Source of the DNA: Candidatus Peregrinibacteria bacterium
Lineage (GTDB): Bacteria > Patescibacteriota > Gracilibacteria > Peribacterales > Peribacteraceae
Assembly: GCA_043798355.1 (NCBI GenBank)
Contig: JAZDOT010000047.1
Coordinates: forward strand, 858-64,857
Direction: 5' to 3'
DNA: 64,000 nt
The translations under genes were made by a program, and so were the position numbers. Below, one piece after another: positions 36,715-45,766 of the stretch (the stretch's first letter is position 1; each line of letters begins with the position of its first letter). Below the pieces are notes generated by a model that saw only the letters and a list, made by a program, of their open reading frames with translations, had not been told where the DNA came from and made no database searches.

Positions 36715-36941
36715 CCTCACCCCTTTCCCCTCTCCACTGCGGTGGCGAGGGGAACTGTAAATGTTTTTGTTTGTTTTTTCCCTCTTCCCCAACCCTCCCC
36801 CTCCTTGCCATCCGGAGCATTGGCGAAGGCTGGCGGGGGAGGGGGCAGGGGGAGAGGGAAACACACACAATACAACTCCCTTCTCCTCCGCAGAGGAGAA
36901 GGGCTGGGGATGAGGTCGGAAGGAGGGGGACAGGGGTGAGG
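36715..36941. mobile_element. nested GC-rich foldback (MITE-like) element
   Basis: The outer arms CCTCACCCCT...AGGGGTGAGG are homologous to the element at 57941..58082. The centre (about 36777..36868) is homologous to the core of the 19786..20165 element. Confidence 0.5.
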
Positions 36942-36993
36942 CTTGAACGAATTCATTTTTCTTCAACCGCGTTCATCCGTACACTCAAACCGC

Positions 36994-38370
36994 ATGAAGC
37001 ACCGCACGCGGACACTTGTCGCTCTCGGCATGGCCGCCATCGTGGCAGGCGCACTTGGCATCCTCTTCTTCCAAATGACGAGGACGGTCACCGTCATGGG
37101 AATGCAGCCTGCGGATTTCCTCCCCGCAGATCGTACCGTCGCCCTCTTCATGCGTACACCACCCACGGCACTCCAATACTTCGCAAAGAGCCTGCACATG
37201 GGCGAACTGGCGGAACCTGCGGACGCAGTGGCACTCCTCCGAACCCCTGCCGGAGAACTGGCATCCGTGTCCTTCACGCGCTCGCAGGAAACACCCCCCG
37301 ACGGGAGCATCGTCCTCGGCCCGTTCCTCGTGACGAGCTCCCACCCGGAGATCGTGAATACCCTGAGAGGGCAAACCGGTCGCCTGCAGTCGGATCAAAC
37401 GTTCCGGACATTCATGCGACAGACAGCTCCCGACGGATCCTTTGCGTTCATTGCTCTCGCGATTCTCCCTCCGCCCGCATCCCTCATAGACTCCCTTGCG
37501 CTCTCTCTCCTCCCGCCTAATGTGACACACGCACTCATCCGCTGGACGGCATCCGGCACCGAGCTCACGTTCAACGGCCGGAGCCCGCAGCTGCTCCGCT
37601 CCGTAAAACCATTCCTGCCCGAGGGTAATGGCCTGTCCCTTCGCTTCGCGCAACCCCGGCAATCGTGGAAGGAACTCCTGACGCGCATCGATCTCCCGGC
37701 TCAAAGCCTCCTCGAAGGAAGACTGCGTTTCGGACTGGAGCAGTATTTCGGAGAGACCGTCAGTCTCCCCTTTGACGTCCTCCCGCTCCTCGAACGGGAA
37801 ACGACCTTCATCATCAAACCCACCGCATCGGGGACCCTCGCCATGGGCATCCGTGGAGAACACAACGACCCGGCCTTCGTCCGGGAAACGCTCGAAAAAA
37901 TGACGGAGGGATTCCTCGCGCAGGAAAAGAGCGTAGCGGTCTTCCGGAAAGAGCTGCCCAATCATGGTCTCTGGACGGATGTGCGTTCGGTCACGAAGAA
38001 CATGCGGAAGCGTTCCTCCCGCCAGGGCGCGTGGCAGATCTCGCGGATGGAGCGCGATTCTGATGCCGCACTGTTCCTCGCGAGAGCAGACGGAACCTTC
38101 ATCATCAGTAATGATGCGCAGGTGTTCGACTCGCTCCTCTCCGGGAAAGACTCTGACTCCTTCCTCCCGGAGAATCCCATGAAGGGGGGGATGATCACCG
38201 CAGGAGGATTCATCGAAAGCCAATCCATCCCACCCATCATGAACATCGCGCTCCCATCTCTCTTGAACACCGATCCCCCTCTCCTCTGCCCTGTCCCCCT
38301 CACGGGATCCCTGCGGTGGTCGCTCGAGCGGAGCTGGAATATGTCCAAGCTGACGGTCGAAAAACAGTAG
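36994..38370 (+). CDS. hypothetical membrane-anchored protein
   Basis: Trimmed to MKHRTRTLVALGMAAIVAGALGILFF. 458 aa with no recognised motif. Confidence 0.65.
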   Translation: MKHRTRTLVALGMAAIVAGALGILFFQMTRTVTVMGMQPADFLPADRTVALFMRTPPTALQYFAKSLHMGELAEPADAVALLRTPAGELASVSFTRSQETPPDGSIVLGPFLVTSSHPEIVNTLRGQTGRLQSDQTFRTFMRQTAPDGSFAFIALAILPPPASLIDSLALSLLPPNVTHALIRWTASGTELTFNGRSPQLLRSVKPFLPEGNGLSLRFAQPRQSWKELLTRIDLPAQSLLEGRLRFGLEQYFGETVSLPFDVLPLLERETTFIIKPTASGTLAMGIRGEHNDPAFVRETLEKMTEGFLAQEKSVAVFRKELPNHGLWTDVRSVTKNMRKRSSRQGAWQISRMERDSDAALFLARADGTFIISNDAQVFDSLLSGKDSDSFLPENPMKGGMITAGGFIESQSIPPIMNIALPSLLNTDPPLLCPVPLTGSLRWSLERSWNMSKLTVEKQ

Positions 38371-38376
38371 AGCGCC

Positions 38377-38429
38377 GCCCCCCTCACCCATCCTCTCCCC
38401 CATGTGCGGGGGAGAGGGGCAGCGGAAAG
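38377..38429. repeat. GC-rich hairpin repeat family Q, copy 3
   Basis: cccccctcacccatcctctccccc-atgtgc-gggggagaggggcagcggaaagg begins 7 nt after the stop codon. Confidence 0.85.
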
Positions 38430-38538
38430 GCAAGAACCTTTTCCTCCGAGAAAGCACTTCCGGATTCTTTGCACTTTTTATCGCTTTTTTGTTTGAGACC
38501 CGCTAGGCTCTTTCGCGATATTTCCTCTTTTCCCGATC

Positions 38539-39438
38539 ATGAGTTTCCTCGGTACCGCCAGAGTCCTCCTCGTCTTTTCCGGCCTCGCCGCCGTGACGAG
38601 CATCGTGCTCCTCTTCACCCCCGGGCTGAAGCTGAGTATCGAGTTCTCGGGAGGGAGCCTCATCGAACTCGCACTGCCCGAAGCAACAACAAAAGAACAA
38701 CTCACGAGTGCCCTTGAGACGTTTCGCCTGACGGACGGTTCCACCCTCGTGAACCCCTCCGTCACCGCAACGCAAGATGGATCCGTCCTGATCCGTCTCA
38801 AGACCATGACGAATGAGGAGCACCTCGCACTGCTCTCCCATCTCACGACCGCACTCGGCGAAATCAAGGAGCTTCAATTCACCACCATCGGACCCACGGT
38901 GGGCGCCACCATGAAGAGCCGCGCGCTCTTGGCACTCCTCGCCGCGAGTGTCGGCATCATCCTCTACCTCGCCTTTGCCTTCCGGAATGTCCCACGTCGC
39001 TTCAGTCCATGGAAATTCGGCGTCCTTGCCGTCCTCGCCCTCCTCCATGACCTGCTCATCACGACGGGGATCTTCGTCATCCTGAGTCTCTTCACCACGT
39101 TCGAATTCGACACGCTCTTCGTTACGGCGCTCCTCACGGTGCTGGGGTACTCCACGAACGACACGATCGTCATCTTCGACCGCATCCGCGAGAACGTCTC
39201 CCTCGCGAATCGTAATGAAGATTTCGAACAGGTCGTCGAGCGCAGCCTCCAAGAGAGCGTCGTCAGAACCATGGGAACGGGGCAGACCGCCCTCTACATG
39301 CTCTTCGCCATGGTCTTCTTCGGACCGGTGAGCATCCGCTGGTTCATGCTCGCGCTCATCATCGGAACCATCATCGGAACATATTCCTCCTTCTTCATCG
39401 CAACCCCGCTCCTCGTCTACTGGCGGAAGCGAGAGTAA
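38539..39438 (+). CDS. secF: protein translocase subunit SecF
   Basis: LSIEFSGGS...FTTIGPTVG...LGYSTNDTIVIFDRIREN. No secD lies adjacent. Confidence 0.9.
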   Translation: MSFLGTARVLLVFSGLAAVTSIVLLFTPGLKLSIEFSGGSLIELALPEATTKEQLTSALETFRLTDGSTLVNPSVTATQDGSVLIRLKTMTNEEHLALLSHLTTALGEIKELQFTTIGPTVGATMKSRALLALLAASVGIILYLAFAFRNVPRRFSPWKFGVLAVLALLHDLLITTGIFVILSLFTTFEFDTLFVTALLTVLGYSTNDTIVIFDRIRENVSLANRNEDFEQVVERSLQESVVRTMGTGQTALYMLFAMVFFGPVSIRWFMLALIIGTIIGTYSSFFIATPLLVYWRKRE

Positions 39439-39442
39439 GTCC

Positions 39443-40807
39443 ATGCCCAAGAACACTTCCACCATCAAGCGGCTGAAGGGAAAGCGCTCCGTGTGCACCG
39501 TCACGATCGAGGATGCCCGTAAAAAGAACGCTGAATTGGCCGCGCTGAAGCACCTCGGCTCTTCGCTCAACCTGAAAGGCTTCCGTCCCGGGAAAATCCC
39601 GGAAAACCTGGTCGCGAGCCGGGTGAACCCGGATCAGCTCTTCGAAGAAACCGTCCGTTCCCTCCTCCCCGAAACCTTCCGGTCCCTCATCGAAGAGCAC
39701 GCACTCAACCCCATTCTCCCGCCCAAAGTCGAGATCACGTCCAAAGAACCCCTCACGCTCTCCGTCACCTTCGTCGAGAAACCCGATGTCACCGTGAAAG
39801 GATCGTTCACGATCAAGAAGAATGACCTCCCGTTGAAGGAGGAAGACGTGCGGAAGATGATCGACTTCATCCTCGAGAAGCACCAGACCGCGAAAGAAGT
39901 GGATCGTGCAGCGAAGGAAGGCGACCAAGTCACCATCGATTTCCGTGGATTCGATGACCAGGGGAAGCAAATCGAAGGAACGGAAACGACCGGACACGTC
40001 GTCGTCATCGGGAGCTCCTCGCTCATCCCCGGCTTCGAGGAAGCGCTCAAGGGCATGAAGAAGCGCGAACGGAAATCCTTCACGATCAACTTCCCGAAGC
40101 CCTACCACGCGGAAGCGCTGGCCGGGAAGCCGGTCACCTTCCACGTGACCATCGACAAGGTGGAAGAAATCTCAAAGCCGTCTCTCACGGATGCTTTCGC
40201 CCGCGAACACCTGGGTGTTTCCACAGCGGAGGAATTCCATAACCGCCTCAAGGAGCAAATGCGCCGCGAGCAGGATCACGCGGAGCGCAGTCGCCGCGAG
40301 CGCCTGCTCTTCGAACAAATCCGCACTGGAACGGTCGTCGACCTGCCGGAGGAGCTCATCGAAGAGGAACAGCGCGATCTCTTTGAGGATCTCAATCGAC
40401 GCATCGCCGGTGAGAACATGACGATGGAGGAATGGCTGAAGCAGATGAAGAAGAGCGTGGAAGATTTCCGGAAAGAACTGAACGAGCAGGCCAAGTCCCG
40501 CCTCACGCTCCGTCTCGGCATCCAGCAGCTCGTCCTTGACCGGAAGATCGAAGCGAGCGAAGAAGAAACCGAACAGGCGGCACAGGCGTTCTTACGTTCC
40601 CTTGATCCCGGCGAACGAAGCAAACAGGAAACGCACTACCAAAAAGGACACCAGGGGTGGGAGCAGATGCGCTGGCAGACGCAGGTCGGAAAGCTCATCG
40701 AACAGCTGCTCGCATCAAGCCTCCTCACTCGCCCCCCTTCCGTGACTTCTCCTGCAAATACGCGGGAAGCAGAAGCGGAGGAAGGAGACCTGGAATCTGC
40801 TCGATGA
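39443..40807 (+). CDS. tig: trigger factor
   Basis: LKGFRPGKIPENLV, an FKBP-like middle region (VTIDFRGF.D) and a helical C-terminal domain. Confidence 0.9.
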   Translation: MPKNTSTIKRLKGKRSVCTVTIEDARKKNAELAALKHLGSSLNLKGFRPGKIPENLVASRVNPDQLFEETVRSLLPETFRSLIEEHALNPILPPKVEITSKEPLTLSVTFVEKPDVTVKGSFTIKKNDLPLKEEDVRKMIDFILEKHQTAKEVDRAAKEGDQVTIDFRGFDDQGKQIEGTETTGHVVVIGSSSLIPGFEEALKGMKKRERKSFTINFPKPYHAEALAGKPVTFHVTIDKVEEISKPSLTDAFAREHLGVSTAEEFHNRLKEQMRREQDHAERSRRERLLFEQIRTGTVVDLPEELIEEEQRDLFEDLNRRIAGENMTMEEWLKQMKKSVEDFRKELNEQAKSRLTLRLGIQQLVLDRKIEASEEETEQAAQAFLRSLDPGERSKQETHYQKGHQGWEQMRWQTQVGKLIEQLLASSLLTRPPSVTSPANTREAEAEEGDLESAR

Positions 40808-43103
40808 GATCCAAATCATCCAACGATACCTTCCCAATGTACAACCGACGCAGGTCGCCGCCGCCGGACACAAACTGCTCGATCATCTGCTGGCCCCGGA
40901 GATACACCAATCCCTTGGTGAATCCGCCCGGGAGGCTGGTATCGGATAACCCCCGCTTGATATCGATCGCTTTGGTGAGCGCCTTCTCTGGAGAGTACCG
41001 GAGAACCTCCTCGAGGTACGTACGCGTCTCGGCGAAGGAATGTGTGAGACCGAACGCGATGCCCACGACGCTCCTCGCCGGCCCGAAGCGCTTCTCGTGT
41101 CCCGGAAGGAGCACGCGGTTCTGGTTGTACACCGCCAGCCCTTCCTGTGTTTCAAGATATGCTGCACACCCCCGCTGGAGGAGGAGGAAAGGCTGGTGCC
41201 GACCATTCTCCACGGTGAGCACGTGTGTTTCGATCTCGTGGGCAATGAGTGCCTCCATGCGCGTGCGCGTAAAAGAAGCTCCTTCCCGCAGAAAGACGGT
41301 ATTCTTCCCGGCTGCACAGTCGGACACCATCTTCGGCCGGACGACGACCTCCCAATCGCGAAGAGAATAGCGATCCAGAGCGGCGCGCAGCAGAGTCACG
41401 GCATCCGCGAGTGCGATGGGTTTTTCCGTGTTGACCCCATCCGCTCTCATCCCGGCAAGTGCGGCTTCCGCCGTGCGGATGAGGGCGGAGGTCGGCGCCC
41501 CGAAGAGTTCCTCGGATGCACGGGTGAACCTCACCGCATCTCCCCGCGCACGCAGGAGGACGATGCGCCTCAGCAGTTCCAGACGCTTCTTCTCGAGGAG
41601 CACCCCCAGAGGAGAATGATCAGTCACCCTCAGAGAGAGGCGGGACTCTGCCTCTTCGAGCGGGGAATCAAATGGAGGGTAGAGGAAATGAGGATGGTAG
41701 GAACGGTCGCTTCGCAGATGTTCCAATTCCCCGAGGAGATTCTCCGGCTTGAGCCAGCGAAGGGAGGAGAGGTCATCGTCGATCCGCGCGAGCAGGCGAT
41801 CCGCCGCCCGTCTGTCCATCCCGGAGCGTCTGCGTGGAAGAGGAGACGATGCCTGGCGTCCGGGGTCAAGGAGGAATCCAGTGAGATCGCGCTTGCCGAT
41901 CAACAGACGACCGGGCGCAGTGACCTGCCCCTCTGCAATGAGAGTCTGCACCTTGCGCCCGCCCAGCGTGAATTTGATCCGGTACGCTCCGCTCTTCTCC
42001 GTTTCGGGCTCAACGGCTCCTTTCTCCAACAACTCCGAGAGAAGACTCTGTTCGCATGTCGTCCTCTCCTGCCGCGGATCGATCACGGCCGGAACAGCGA
42101 ACTCGATGCCGGCTCCCGCAATGTGCACCGTTTCCATGAGCCCGAGCACGGGTCGCACGATTCCGGCCTTCTCCTGCAGTTTCTCGCCGAACAGATCCTG
42201 TCCGATCCGCACTCCTTTTTCCGGAAAGCGTACACGAATCCCCTTCACCCGTTCGAGACGCGACTGGAGGGGGGCGAGATTGGCGACCTGCACGCTGAGA
42301 CCCGCCCGCGCATTGACCTCGAGGAGAGCGGGGCCCATTTCGCGCGTGATGGTGATGTCGCAGGCGAGGTAGCCGATGTTGGTCATGTACTGGATGCGCG
42401 AGCACAAGAGGAGAATGTCATCCCAGAAAGGGATAGTGATCCCGGCAGGATCCGTCCCGTGCGGAAGTCGATCGATGGTGTGGTGGTACTGCGCCGCATG
42501 CGTCGTCACGCCCTTGGCAAGATCGATGCCGATGCCGATCCCCCCGAGGTGCAGGTTCGCCTTTCCGGAGCTCACGGAGGTCGGAATCCGCAGCATCGCC
42601 ATAATCGGGACGAGGTTGAAGACGATGACCCGGATGTCGGGGAGACCGTCCGGACGGAAGGGGGCGAAACAGGGGTGCGCTGTGAGCAGTTGCTCGAAGA
42701 ACGCCGTATCGCGCCGCCCGCCGATGGAGTACCGCCCTTCGAAGATGTCTTCGATATGGCGCGTGAGATCGCGCTCCGTGAGGATGCCGCGCCCCTTCGA
42801 AGAGAACGACCCGTCGTTCCGATGGAGCAGGAGAATCCCCTCGCCACCGTAGCCGCTGTTCGGCTTCAGGACACAGTCGGAAGGCAACGAGGAAAAATCG
42901 AACTGGCGAAGCTGTCCGCGCGTAGCGATGCGCGCATAGATCTTCGCAGTCGGGATCCCGCGTGCGGCGAGGAACATCTTCGTCTGCAGCTTATCGTCGG
43001 CGAACGCAACCGCTTTCCGTGGATTGAACGGGCGGATGTAGAGGAGATTGCGGGCATTGATGCCCAGCAGTCCGTTGCCGAGGATGCGTAGAAGATTGAT
43101 CAT
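40725..43103 (-). CDS. fusion protein: RimK-related ATP-grasp ligase (alpha-L-glutamate ligase-like) N-terminal half plus DUF1704/QEGLA-motif (MATCAP-like) zinc peptidase C-terminal half
   Basis: MINLLRILGNGLLGINARNLLYIRPFN...VLKPNSGYGGEGI in the N-terminal half. AHEIETH (HExxH) and ETQEGLAVYNQ in the C-terminal half. The start overlaps the upstream stop (ATGA). Confidence 0.8.
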   Translation of the reverse strand: MINLLRILGNGLLGINARNLLYIRPFNPRKAVAFADDKLQTKMFLAARGIPTAKIYARIATRGQLRQFDFSSLPSDCVLKPNSGYGGEGILLLHRNDGSFSSKGRGILTERDLTRHIEDIFEGRYSIGGRRDTAFFEQLLTAHPCFAPFRPDGLPDIRVIVFNLVPIMAMLRIPTSVSSGKANLHLGGIGIGIDLAKGVTTHAAQYHHTIDRLPHGTDPAGITIPFWDDILLLCSRIQYMTNIGYLACDITITREMGPALLEVNARAGLSVQVANLAPLQSRLERVKGIRVRFPEKGVRIGQDLFGEKLQEKAGIVRPVLGLMETVHIAGAGIEFAVPAVIDPRQERTTCEQSLLSELLEKGAVEPETEKSGAYRIKFTLGGRKVQTLIAEGQVTAPGRLLIGKRDLTGFLLDPGRQASSPLPRRRSGMDRRAADRLLARIDDDLSSLRWLKPENLLGELEHLRSDRSYHPHFLYPPFDSPLEEAESRLSLRVTDHSPLGVLLEKKRLELLRRIVLLRARGDAVRFTRASEELFGAPTSALIRTAEAALAGMRADGVNTEKPIALADAVTLLRAALDRYSLRDWEVVVRPKMVSDCAAGKNTVFLREGASFTRTRMEALIAHEIETHVLTVENGRHQPFLLLQRGCAAYLETQEGLAVYNQNRVLLPGHEKRFGPARSVVGIAFGLTHSFAETRTYLEEVLRYSPEKALTKAIDIKRGLSDTSLPGGFTKGLVYLRGQQMIEQFVSGGGDLRRLYIGKVSLDDLDLIEQIPGLLPPLLLPAYLQEKSRKGGE

Positions 43104-44614
43104 TCCTCCTGGAGATGTCCGAGGACTTCGCGGAAGCGGAAGTACTCGACGAGTCGGAGTCCCGACCAGCGTCCCAGCGCGATGTTCACGAAGATCGTTG
43201 CGAGGATGAGCTCAGGGTACGCGAGGATGAAGGACTGGAGGAGCGGCCACTGGACGACGGCGACGCAGAGGAGCGAAGCGAGGATGGTCTGGGCCGTCCC
43301 GGCGACGGCGCTGCGCCAGCCTTCCTCGGCCTTGAGACTGAGGAAGCTCTCCGTGAGCGTCGACATGATGAGGAGAATGAAGATGGTATCCCGCTCGTAC
43401 GTAACGCCGAACGCTGCGGAAGCAGAGAGGAGGAGGAGCAGGGTGATACTGACCGCGCAGATGACGATCGCCATGCGCGGCACGTGGAGGAGCCGGAAGT
43501 GCGCAACGAGCGCGCGCGTCGTGTAGCCGGCGAAGAGGATGATCAGAAGGAACATGACGCCCACCTGCCATCCCAGCGCGAGGAAGCTCAGGGTCACGAT
43601 GGACGGGGTGAAGAGGCCGAACGTCGTCAATCCGATCACCTGCCGGAGGAATGCGAGGATCGTCGCGATGATGGGAAGGATCAGGAGCAAAATGACGGTC
43701 TGGCTGGAAACGCCGTGCGTCAGCATGTAGTTCACGAGCGAGGACAACACGTTCCATGGACGGATGGCGACGGCGGACGCGTCGATCACACGAACATCGA
43801 TGTCGCGCTTCGAAAGTTCCTCCAGGAATGCGGGGATGTCCTTCTCTGTTAAGAGCGGATTGATGGACTCTTTGCGCGTCAGCACGATGCTGTCCGGCTT
43901 GAGCACCGCGAAGGGGCCGCCCGCCGTCCGCGCGAGGACGGCGAGACTGCGGCTGGTGATCACGATGATGTACTGTTTCTCGAGAAAGGGTATGCCGCTC
44001 GTGTCGGCCGCGTTCATGAGCGCCTGGAGACCGGATGCGGGATCGTCTGTCCAGAGCACAACCGCTTGCGCTCCGGCGACGGCATCAATATTTGCGCCGA
44101 TAACGGTGGCGAGCGGTTCAGAGGCGGATCCGTCTTTCTCGGCGGGACGCAGCACGAGAAGGTAGACGCCCGCCTCCTTCGCCTGTTCCTGATGGAGAGC
44201 AATCTTCTCCTCCGTCACATCGGACGTATCGGCAATCAGGACAATCTTCCGCTCGAACACCACAACTGTATGCTGCTTCTCCACCTCGTACTCCTGACCA
44301 GAGATGGTGGTGCGGATGACGAGTCGGAAGACGATGGTGCCCGGCTTCTCGGGCGTGTAGACCGCCTCCACCGTATCGCTCGCGCGCGCGGAGCGGTCAC
44401 GATACCACCGGTACGTCGTGTTCTCGCCCAGCCCCTGCGTCTGTGATGCATCCAGAACGATCGTCCGTCCGACGACGATGTTGTCGGGACCCGTGATGAC
44501 CGCAGTGACGGGGCCGGATGTTCCGGAGGGTTCCTGAGGTTCGCTGGACTGTGCGAATACGGGAGAGAAACCGATGCAGACCAGCAAAGAGAGGACGAGG
44601 AAGGCGTTCTTCAT
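43100..44614 (-). CDS. exported domain plus C-terminal polytopic module of the '7TM fused to inactive transglutaminase' type
   Basis: Trimmed to MKNAFLVLSLLVCIGFSPVFA. It has a PKD-like beta region, then about seven hydrophobic helices ending ...GRWSGLRLVEYFRFREV. Confidence 0.7.
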   Translation of the reverse strand: MKNAFLVLSLLVCIGFSPVFAQSSEPQEPSGTSGPVTAVITGPDNIVVGRTIVLDASQTQGLGENTTYRWYRDRSARASDTVEAVYTPEKPGTIVFRLVIRTTISGQEYEVEKQHTVVVFERKIVLIADTSDVTEEKIALHQEQAKEAGVYLLVLRPAEKDGSASEPLATVIGANIDAVAGAQAVVLWTDDPASGLQALMNAADTSGIPFLEKQYIIVITSRSLAVLARTAGGPFAVLKPDSIVLTRKESINPLLTEKDIPAFLEELSKRDIDVRVIDASAVAIRPWNVLSSLVNYMLTHGVSSQTVILLLILPIIATILAFLRQVIGLTTFGLFTPSIVTLSFLALGWQVGVMFLLIILFAGYTTRALVAHFRLLHVPRMAIVICAVSITLLLLLSASAAFGVTYERDTIFILLIMSTLTESFLSLKAEEGWRSAVAGTAQTILASLLCVAVVQWPLLQSFILAYPELILATIFVNIALGRWSGLRLVEYFRFREVLGHLQEE

Positions 44615-44751
44615 AGGCATGCAGTATAGCGCCCCGTGCGCGTCACGCACGTACGTCGGAGATCTTTGTGGAATGAAAACGTTGGCTCAGAAAAGGCAAT
44701 CTGACTGAAACGCTTGTCTCCCTTATGGAAAGTAATTAGGCTTCCTCTACG

Positions 44752-45717
44752 ATGAAATTAATCGCTGTGTTCTTCAATGAGCCAAACTTCCTCGATGATC
44801 CTTTCGACGAGGAAGAGTACCGGATCGCCTACCGGCAGATTGGGGAGCTCTTCGAAACGCGGGGCGGACGTTTCGCCATCGTCCGAAGTCCCGAGTCCTA
44901 CCGCGGCGGGAATACGTTCAAGGGGGGGTGGATCTTCCGGGATGGCGAATTCCAGAGGACTGAGGACATCCTCACGCCCGCCGTCATCTTCAACCGCGGA
45001 TCGTTCCTCGGCGATGGCAAGGCCGTCGTAGTCAATGACCCGGAACTGGAAACGCTTTGCACTGACAAAGCACAAACGTACGCACTCTTCCCCCACCTGT
45101 TCCCTCTCACGAAAACAGTCCACACCAAAGAGGAAGCAACGGCCTTTCTCCGCTTGATCCCGACCGCGATGGCTGTTGCCAAACCCATCGACGAAGAGGC
45201 GGGGCGGGGCGTGTTCATCCTCCCCAAGAAACAAATCCTGAAAGCGATTCCATCGTACCCATACCTGCTGCAGGAATTCATCGACACGTCCGCGGGCATC
45301 CCCGGCATCACGGAGGCGATCCACGACTTCCGCATCATCGGTATACGCGGCAAGCCTGTTGTCGCATACGTCCGCATGGCGAAACCCGGAAGTTACCTCG
45401 CGAACGTCGCCCGGGGGGCGACGATGCGGGAGGTGCCGCTCCCAACTGTCCCGCCCGAACCCATGCGCATCTTCGAGGAAGTGGATGCCGCTCTTCAGCG
45501 CTTTCCCGACCGCCTGTACTCCGTGGATACCGGCCGGGACAGAAGCGGCGTCTGGAAAATCATCGAGCTCAATACCAAACCGGGGACGTCCGTCATGGAG
45601 CAGGACCCCGGCACCCGCCGCTACCTCACGGGCATCGTCGAACTGCTCCTGTCGGTTGCGGAGAAATCGCCGTACAGCCATGAGCCCTTAGCTATCAGCC
45701 ATCAGTCTTCATCATAA
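44752..45717 (+). CDS. ATP-grasp family protein (YheC/YheD / RimK-like)
   Basis: AVAKPIDEEAGRGVFI...LLQEFID...DFRIIGIRGKPV.AYVR...ANVARGA...IELNTKPG. The C-terminal tail is encoded by heptamer repeats. Confidence 0.75.
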   Translation: MKLIAVFFNEPNFLDDPFDEEEYRIAYRQIGELFETRGGRFAIVRSPESYRGGNTFKGGWIFRDGEFQRTEDILTPAVIFNRGSFLGDGKAVVVNDPELETLCTDKAQTYALFPHLFPLTKTVHTKEEATAFLRLIPTAMAVAKPIDEEAGRGVFILPKKQILKAIPSYPYLLQEFIDTSAGIPGITEAIHDFRIIGIRGKPVVAYVRMAKPGSYLANVARGATMREVPLPTVPPEPMRIFEEVDAALQRFPDRLYSVDTGRDRSGVWKIIELNTKPGTSVMEQDPGTRRYLTGIVELLLSVAEKSPYSHEPLAISHQSSS

Positions 45718-45743
45718 GACGACCACCGCAAATGATTGCTAAA

Positions 45744-45762
45744 GGCTCATGGCTCATGGCTA
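45744..45762. repeat. heptamer tandem repeat (GGCTCAT)x2.7
   Basis: ggctcatggctcatggcta. The preceding stretch 45677..45717 (cagccat gagccct tagctat cagccat cagtctt) also has a 7-nt period. Confidence 0.85.
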
Positions 45763-45766
45763 ACAA

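Noticed and set aside
41040-43091. 683-aa plus-strand ORF. Other long antisense ORFs of the same kind are 36985..38457, 26970..28142, 4750..5982, 59090..60091, 60171..61073, 15669..16769, 6741..7721, 35576..36580 and 14460..15557.
   Set aside because: Each lies opposite a confidently identified gene and has Arg/Gly/His/Pro-biased junk composition. They are GC-driven stop-codon-poor frames.
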